From the IMG/VR virus record IMGVR_UViG_3300023179_000049: DNA of 64,000 bases, one strand, 5' to 3'. Of the stretch, positions 58,314 to 64,000 are shown piece by piece; within the stretch, counting starts at the first letter, position 1; each line of letters opens with the position of its first letter. Position numbers and translations under genes: made by a program. This DNA comes from a virus. Taxonomy: Duplodnaviria > Heunggongvirae > Uroviricota > Caudoviricetes. The notes below the pieces were generated by a model, which saw nothing but the letters and a program-made list of their open reading frames with translations, did not search any database and was not told the DNA's origin.

Positions 58314-59084
58314 TTATTTTGTTTCGATATTAATAGATTTAATATTTGAATCGCCTAATTTAAGTTTTACGGCCTTTACTTGAGAATTTGAAAATGTACC
58401 AACAACTTTACCTGTCTTTTCATAATAAGCGGCTGTAGTACTTATATCTAATCCTTTTAATATTTGAATAATTTTTTCATGGTGTTTGATAACATCATCT
58501 CCGGAAATTACGAGTTTTACTTTTTTACCGTGGGTTACTGACTCGCTTACACCTTCTTTAGCTATACCGCCTTTAAGAATAGTCATAATAGCTAAGAAAG
58601 CATCATCAATACTATAGTCATAATATTTAGCTATACTTTTAACGAACTGCTCTACTTTTTTTCTTAGTTCAGGATTAATACTACCTCCTGTTACGAACAT
58701 ATCTGCTTCGGATATTTTTGGCACTTTACCTTCTTCAGATGCCATTTTTGATATACGATTAAATACATCATGATCTTTTTCATCCCATGTATTTTCTGGC
58801 TTCTTAGATAAAAAGAAGTCAGGCCCCATTAACTGAGCTATAATTTTATGTTTTGGAGTGGTATTAGTTTGTTCTGATATTACTTCTTTAATGATTTCTT
58901 GAATCATTTTAGTTAGCTCTGATTTTTTCATAGTATTAGTTTTACCTTCATTAGCATTTGCATATAATGCTTTTAGTTGAGCCTCTGCTTTTTTATGAGA
59001 CATTGGTTCTTTTGAAAATTCTTTAGATGTTCCTTTTTTGAACACTTTATATCCTTCTCCGGATTTTTTTATTTCGTATGGCAT
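58314..59084 (-). CDS. hypothetical protein (start trimmed to internal Met MPYEIKK)
   Basis: ORF-track start at 59168 would overlap upstream gene by 58 nt in another frame; internal Met gives a non-overlapping 256-aa product. Confidence 0.4.
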   Translation of the reverse strand: MPYEIKKSGEGYKVFKKGTSKEFSKEPMSHKKAEAQLKALYANANEGKTNTMKKSELTKMIQEIIKEVISEQTNTTPKHKIIAQLMGPDFFLSKKPENTWDEKDHDVFNRISKMASEEGKVPKISEADMFVTGGSINPELRKKVEQFVKSIAKYYDYSIDDAFLAIMTILKGGIAKEGVSESVTHGKKVKLVISGDDVIKHHEKIIQILKGLDISTTAAYYEKTGKVVGTFSNSQVKAVKLKLGDSNIKSINIETK

Positions 59085-59110
59085 ATTATTTATTTTTATG
59101 TTTATTTTTA

Positions 59111-59482
59111 TTACCAGGCGCGGCAACTCCAGTAGCGTGCTTTCCAACGAGGGCCGGGAGTATCGCACTTATGACGTGCTCTGAATGATTTTCTTCTCGC
59201 AGGAATGTTTTTCTTTATTCTCATATTTGGGTCGCCAAAGTTTACTTTAACAACATTACCTTTATCGTTCTTAACATATACACTACGCTTTTTAGGGCCG
59301 CCTGGAGTTAAGAATGGCTTTCCTAATGATACCTTTCTTCCTTGATATTCAGCTTCTCCAATTATTGGATTGGCTTTAAGCTCTTGAAGAAATTTAATGG
59401 CACATGAATTGCACATTGTTTGCTCAGATTCCATTTCTTCTAAGCATTCTCTTATTAATGATTCAAGTAATAGTTTTTTCAT
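59111..59482 (-). CDS. hypothetical basic protein
   Basis: 123 aa; N-terminus 'MKKLLLESLIRE'; Arg/Lys-rich C-terminus. Confidence 0.4.
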   Translation of the reverse strand: MKKLLLESLIRECLEEMESEQTMCNSCAIKFLQELKANPIIGEAEYQGRKVSLGKPFLTPGGPKKRSVYVKNDKGNVVKVNFGDPNMRIKKNIPARRKSFRARHKCDTPGPRWKARYWSCRAW

Positions 59483-59634
59483 CTTCCTTGGCCTCTATAT
59501 GGTTTTTTATAATATTTTGATTTTTTATTATTGCTCGTTCTTTTTTTAGAAACAATACCCGAGCGCTTTTTCTTAGCTTTTTTATGAAACGCTTTAATAT
59601 TAGTTGAAGATTTTTTATCTGGTTTCTTTGCCAT
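59479..59634 (-). CDS. small highly basic protein (51 aa, not in ORF track)
   Basis: Hand translation MAKKPDKKSSTNIKAFHKKAKKKRSGIVSKKRTSNNKKSKYYKKPYRGQGR; stop TGA overlaps ATG of next gene (ATGA). Confidence 0.4.
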   Translation of the reverse strand: MAKKPDKKSSTNIKAFHKKAKKKRSGIVSKKRTSNNKKSKYYKKPYRGQGR

Positions 59635-59661
59635 TGATTTTTATAATAAATATCGTATGTA

Positions 59662-59698
59662 CAAAAAAACAGCCCTATATTTTTTAGATATAGAGCTG
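59662..59698 (-). terminator. rho-independent terminator after tail sheath gene
   Basis: Minus-strand hairpin CAGCTCTATAT-CTAAAAA-ATATAGGGCTG followed by T7. Confidence 0.65.
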
Positions 59699-59727
59699 CT
59701 CTTGTTAAGTTAGATTTATGTTATAAA

Positions 59728-62664
59728 TTAAGCAGGAAATTCAGCACCGGTTGGGGTTAGATTAAAGTTAATTACTATAAACTCCGCAGTTTTTGCCGGT
59801 TGTAAGTAAATATCACCTACTAATAAATTTCTGTCAATTACGGCAGGAGTATTATTAGTGTCATCCATTACAACTTTAAATGCATATAATCCTTGTCTTT
59901 GTTGGATTGATTCTAAGTAAGGATTAACGATGCTTAAGAATCTATTTCTTGTTGCTGCGGTATTTTGTTCAAATACTAAGTATCTAGAAGTAGATGCGAT
60001 ATATTTCTTAACAGTTATTAATAATCTTCTTACGTTGATTCTATCTAATGCACTAGGCTTTTGTTGTAAGGTTTTTTGACCCCATGCACAAATTCCTTGA
60101 CTAGGGAAAGAAGCAATTGGATTTACTTGATTTTCATATAATGTATCACGCTCTGAATGATTTAATTTTGTTTCAATATTAATAGCATCTGTAATACCAC
60201 CTCTATTTAAACCTGCAGGTGCATACCACTCTGCTGCTACTGAATCATTATAAGCTAATACTCCTGGCATTAATACGCTTGGCGGAACCCAAATAGGCTT
60301 ATTAATAGAAGTATCTAATACTTGCATCCAAGGATAATATGTCGCAGCATAATTACTATCCATATTAGCTGTTTGATTTGCTGCTGTTGCAATACTATCT
60401 CCTTTAGCTGTATTATCAACGATTACAAATGTATCTTGACGTCCTTCTGCTGTTGATATCATATAATTTGCTACATATGGATGTAATCTTCTAATAACAC
60501 CTGGAGCTAATAACATATTAATATCATATTCGTCTTGATTTGAAAGCATATCAAATGCATCTGTATATTTTATACTTCCGTTTGATGTTGCGGTTGATAA
60601 GTCATATCCAAATGAATTTGTAGCAGTAATATCACCACCAGCTAATTTAATTCTAGCAGGACTCATACCATCTGAACCACCTTGCATTGGAACTGTAAAC
60701 TGAACGTTATTAGCAGTTGGGCCAGTAACACCGGTTATATCAACTCTTGCATCTAACGTGCCTGTATATGTATACCCTGAATTAATTGGCATTACGAATT
60801 GATCAACAATAAAATCTGAATTAATTGCTGATACTTCAATTGATGCTGATGTAGGAATTGCTTTTAAATAATTAGCATTATCTACTGCTCCAAAATTCCA
60901 TCCTAAGAATCTATTAGATACATATGATTGATCAGAATCATTTTGAGATACTGTATAAGATGCTGGAGGCATATTAGCATTTGTAAATCCAATAAACGTT
61001 TGTTTTAGTTTTCTAAATCCTCTAGGAGATAAAGTTTCACTTACAGCTTTTGAATCTACTGCAGGATCCATTTCTATTCTTACGTATTTAGAAACGTTAT
61101 TGTAATTACCATACTCAACAACTTTATTAGTTGAAGTAACAAATTCTTTATATTTATCTCCAATTACACGAGCAATATATTGAGGGCTATCTGGGTCTAA
61201 TGTTAATCCTCTGTATTGTTCTAATATATTAGGTCTGTTATCAGTATCGCTATAGCTTCTAACTAATAAATCAAATGTAGAATAACTACCAGAAGAATAT
61301 TCTCTTAAGTTAGTAATGCTAATTTTAACATCTGTATTAGTATCATTACCGTCACTTAAATGATGAACTTTAAATAAATTTTGAGTTGTTTTAACATTGC
61401 TACCATTAAGACCTGATGTAATCCATGGAGTAGAAGCATTATTATAATCTGGGAATGTTACAGTATATGATGACGTTAAAACTGTTACTGTTGGTATAAA
61501 TGATGTAGGCGTACTACTTCCAGAAACTACAGGGTATACTACTTTTGTAGGAGTTATTGTTCCTAGGAAAGGAAAGCTATTTTGATTAATGTTATATGTA
61601 GTATTAGAATAAGAAGACCATACTATATCACCATTTAAGTACATAGTAAATGTACCTGAGCCTGAATTATAAGTAGTTAATGTCGGGACATAATCATAAT
61701 ACGATGTATTTAATATACTTGGGTTAGATGTTGTTTCTAATCCAATATTTAAATATTGAGGAGATCCTGTTATAAAGTTAAACGATTCTATCGGCATTGC
61801 TGCTTTTATAGATGCTGTCGTTAACGTAGCTATAAATATTTCAGAACCTAATACCCAATTTTGAGTAGCAGTCGGAGTAGATGACCATCCATTTGATGCT
61901 GTTAAAAAACTATTACCAGAACCAACGCCCGGAGTAGAGCTAGTTACTGAAAATGCGGTAGTATAGTTATTATTAGCAGTTCCTAATAAAGTAAAGCTAC
62001 TTGAACTAACAGTTACAGATACGCCATATCCATTTGCTATATTAGTACTAAAGTCTTCAAACGTCACATATGAATAAATTCCATTATTATAACTTGTATT
62101 ACTTATTTTAGTAGAATCTGGAGTGCTTCCAATTACTTTACTAATAAAGGTAGTGTTTTGACGATTGATAGATACGGTATAAGATTTAGCTGTTAAGTTA
62201 CTGCCTGACGCTGTTAATGTAAAGTTATTAGAAATATTACCGCTTATTGCTGTTGATGCTCCTAAGTCAAAATTAGTACTGTTATTGTTTTTTGCTGGAT
62301 GTAATCCTGAAACAATTTGATATGTAATTGTTGAACCTGTTGAAGCAACTGCTACAGCAGCTAATTTATTTGTGCTTGTAGTAAATGTCCAACCGCCATT
62401 ACCTAAAATACGAACTACCATAGCAGATCCTGCATTTTTTAAATAATTTTTGATTGCATAAGGGATGTAAGTCTGAGATGAATCTTCACCTCCAAACATT
62501 ACTTGATAATCTTGATAAGTTAATACCTGCATTGGTACTAAAGCTGGCCCTTTTAACGTAGGTCCTACGAAGGCTGCTCCTATCTGAGCTATACCAGCGG
62601 GAAGAAACGATAGGTCGTTCTCGTTGGTAAATACGCCTGGGCTAATAATTCTTTCTGTTGCCAT
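59728..62664 (-). CDS. tail sheath protein (T4 gp18-like) with large S/T/N-rich insertion domains
   Basis: N-term 'ISPGVFTNENDLS...VGPTLKGP'; C-terminal 'RINVRRLLITVKKYIASTSRYLVFEQN...VVMDDTNNTPAVIDRNLLVGDIYLQPAKTAEFIVINF' closely parallels gp18 C-terminal domain. Confidence 0.85.
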   Translation of the reverse strand: MATERIISPGVFTNENDLSFLPAGIAQIGAAFVGPTLKGPALVPMQVLTYQDYQVMFGGEDSSQTYIPYAIKNYLKNAGSAMVVRILGNGGWTFTTSTNKLAAVAVASTGSTITYQIVSGLHPAKNNNSTNFDLGASTAISGNISNNFTLTASGSNLTAKSYTVSINRQNTTFISKVIGSTPDSTKISNTSYNNGIYSYVTFEDFSTNIANGYGVSVTVSSSSFTLLGTANNNYTTAFSVTSSTPGVGSGNSFLTASNGWSSTPTATQNWVLGSEIFIATLTTASIKAAMPIESFNFITGSPQYLNIGLETTSNPSILNTSYYDYVPTLTTYNSGSGTFTMYLNGDIVWSSYSNTTYNINQNSFPFLGTITPTKVVYPVVSGSSTPTSFIPTVTVLTSSYTVTFPDYNNASTPWITSGLNGSNVKTTQNLFKVHHLSDGNDTNTDVKISITNLREYSSGSYSTFDLLVRSYSDTDNRPNILEQYRGLTLDPDSPQYIARVIGDKYKEFVTSTNKVVEYGNYNNVSKYVRIEMDPAVDSKAVSETLSPRGFRKLKQTFIGFTNANMPPASYTVSQNDSDQSYVSNRFLGWNFGAVDNANYLKAIPTSASIEVSAINSDFIVDQFVMPINSGYTYTGTLDARVDITGVTGPTANNVQFTVPMQGGSDGMSPARIKLAGGDITATNSFGYDLSTATSNGSIKYTDAFDMLSNQDEYDINMLLAPGVIRRLHPYVANYMISTAEGRQDTFVIVDNTAKGDSIATAANQTANMDSNYAATYYPWMQVLDTSINKPIWVPPSVLMPGVLAYNDSVAAEWYAPAGLNRGGITDAINIETKLNHSERDTLYENQVNPIASFPSQGICAWGQKTLQQKPSALDRINVRRLLITVKKYIASTSRYLVFEQNTAATRNRFLSIVNPYLESIQQRQGLYAFKVVMDDTNNTPAVIDRNLLVGDIYLQPAKTAEFIVINFNLTPTGAEFPA

Positions 62665-62741
62665 TATTTGTTAAAGTTTATAAATTTTGTTGGTTTGTGT
62701 AGAGAGAATCTTTCTACAAATATAATTATAGTATCTTAAGA

Positions 62742-63017
62742 TCAAACCTCCGAAATAAATTCACCTGACTCTAAATTTACAGTACCTAGACCATATTTTT
62801 TAGTAAATGCTTCCTGAACTTTAGATTCTTGCTCTTTTAATTCTAAAAACACGCCTTGTAATTTAGAAAGCTCATCATCCATACTAGATAATGCTAATGT
62901 TAAATTAATCTTCTCTAAGTGTATTTGACCTAGTTGAGCTGTTAATTCTAAATACTTGTTTTGAATGCTTTTTAATTCATCTAACTCTTCTTGTGTTAGT
63001 TTTTTTGTTGTTGCCAT
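62742..63017 (-). CDS. hypothetical coiled-coil protein
   Basis: 91-aa ORF. Confidence 0.35.
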   Translation of the reverse strand: MATTKKLTQEELDELKSIQNKYLELTAQLGQIHLEKINLTLALSSMDDELSKLQGVFLELKEQESKVQEAFTKKYGLGTVNLESGEFISEV

Positions 63018-63018
63018 T

Positions 63019-63417
63019 TTATTGTTTTTCTATTAAGTTTTGTAATATAAATATATAAGACTCTTCCGTTTCTATTTTTTCTAGTATTGAAAATGGAATT
63101 GGTTTATATTGAAGTTCTTTTTCTTGAGTAAGTAAAGTACTAAATTCTTGTTGGAATTGCTCAAATTTAGGATTGATGATTTCTTTTTCAGTATCTATAT
63201 AATATGGTATAATAATATTACCATCTGCATTAGGAGTGCCGTATGTTTTAATAAGCTCATCTCGTAAAGATTCGATAATAGGTTTAATTTCTTGAACTTG
63301 TTTATTAAGTTCTAATAACCAAAATTTTGTTGATAATGAAATCTTTTCATTAAGCAGTTTTGTTAACTCTTCTTCTAGTACGAAAATGTTTGTAAGTTGA
63401 ATTTTTAGTGTTTCCAT
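63019..63417 (-). CDS. hypothetical protein
   Basis: 132-aa ORF. Confidence 0.4.
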   Translation of the reverse strand: METLKIQLTNIFVLEEELTKLLNEKISLSTKFWLLELNKQVQEIKPIIESLRDELIKTYGTPNADGNIIIPYYIDTEKEIINPKFEQFQQEFSTLLTQEKELQYKPIPFSILEKIETEESYIFILQNLIEKQ

Positions 63418-63473
63418 AACGTTATAACTTCTTATAATATAATAAATTAAAGTAGTAAGTCCTAATTAATTAT

Positions 63474-63968
63474 TTAGTAATTAGAAGAACCGCTCGTATT
63501 TTGAAGTTTTACGGGTTGTAATGGAATAGTTGTTTCATTAAAACTAACTACTACTTTATTAGCAGGTATTAATTTTTGAATTGTAGGCCTATTTCTTTCA
63601 TCTTCATTAATTAAATAAGCTTTAGTAGTAAATTGAAACTTTGCTTTTACAAATCTATCACTTCCAATATCATTACTTAATTCAAATGACGGAGATGAAA
63701 TCATTGTTGGAAATTTTTGAGTATCTCCAAATGCTGTACCATTAAAAAACATAATTTGTTCTACTAACTCATTCATTTGTTCTAAGAATTCTGTCCAACA
63801 AATTATATCGTATGTTATATGGATATATCTCGGAATATCCATTGCATAATATTCTTTAATAGGTTTAGTGTTTGTTAAGATATCAAAAGGAGTATATTTG
63901 TTTTTTGAAGAATATTTTCTTTCAAATATCCATTGATTTCCTTCATTCTTTAATACTTCATTCTTCAT
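63474..63968 (-). CDS. hypothetical protein
   Basis: 164-aa ORF. Confidence 0.4.
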   Translation of the reverse strand: MKNEVLKNEGNQWIFERKYSSKNKYTPFDILTNTKPIKEYYAMDIPRYIHITYDIICWTEFLEQMNELVEQIMFFNGTAFGDTQKFPTMISSPSFELSNDIGSDRFVKAKFQFTTKAYLINEDERNRPTIQKLIPANKVVVSFNETTIPLQPVKLQNTSGSSNY

Positions 63969-64000
63969 GTAATCTTGACGCTGTTCAAATCCAGTTCTGT

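Noticed and set aside
58314-59168. ORF-track start of 58314..59168 at 'MRYSRPSLES...'
   Set aside because: That start overlaps the upstream gene (59111..59482) by 58 nt in another frame. An internal Met (MPYEIKK, ~59084) gives a compact non-overlapping gene, so the feature was trimmed.

Overview
The window is a 64-kb segment of an AT-rich (roughly 30% GC) large tailed-phage genome with T4-like core genes. All credible genes lie on the minus strand and are tightly packed. The plus-strand ORFs in the track look spurious. Three groups are recognisable. First, a T4-like replication and recombination core: family B DNA polymerase, gp44-like clamp loader, putative clamp, a gp41/DnaB-like helicase, RecA/UvsX recombinase, gp32-like SSB, RNase H/FEN, ATP-dependent ligase, class II-like RNR and dUTPase. 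Second, a T4-like contractile-tail module: gp18-like sheath, gp19-like tube, a tape-measure-like protein and a LysM tail protein. Third, accessory genes: 7-deazaguanine pathway genes (folE, queD, queE and a TGT/DpdA-like transglycosylase, with no queC seen in the window), phage-encoded GroEL and GroES, three free-standing homing endonucleases, tRNA-like elements, an SPFH lipoprotein, GT2 and GT-B-like glycosyltransferases, an LpxH-like phosphoesterase, a hotdog thioesterase, a ferritin-like protein, a small PolA-like polymerase and two LRR-like repeat proteins. The most unusual locus is the helicase gene. It is broken into two ORFs by an intein that is itself split, with a Vsr-like endonuclease ORF between the halves (a 'fractured gene'). 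A conserved intergenic promoter-like motif and several rho-independent terminators punctuate the otherwise continuous minus-strand coding. All assignments rest on reading motifs in the translated ORFs by eye; no database search was run.
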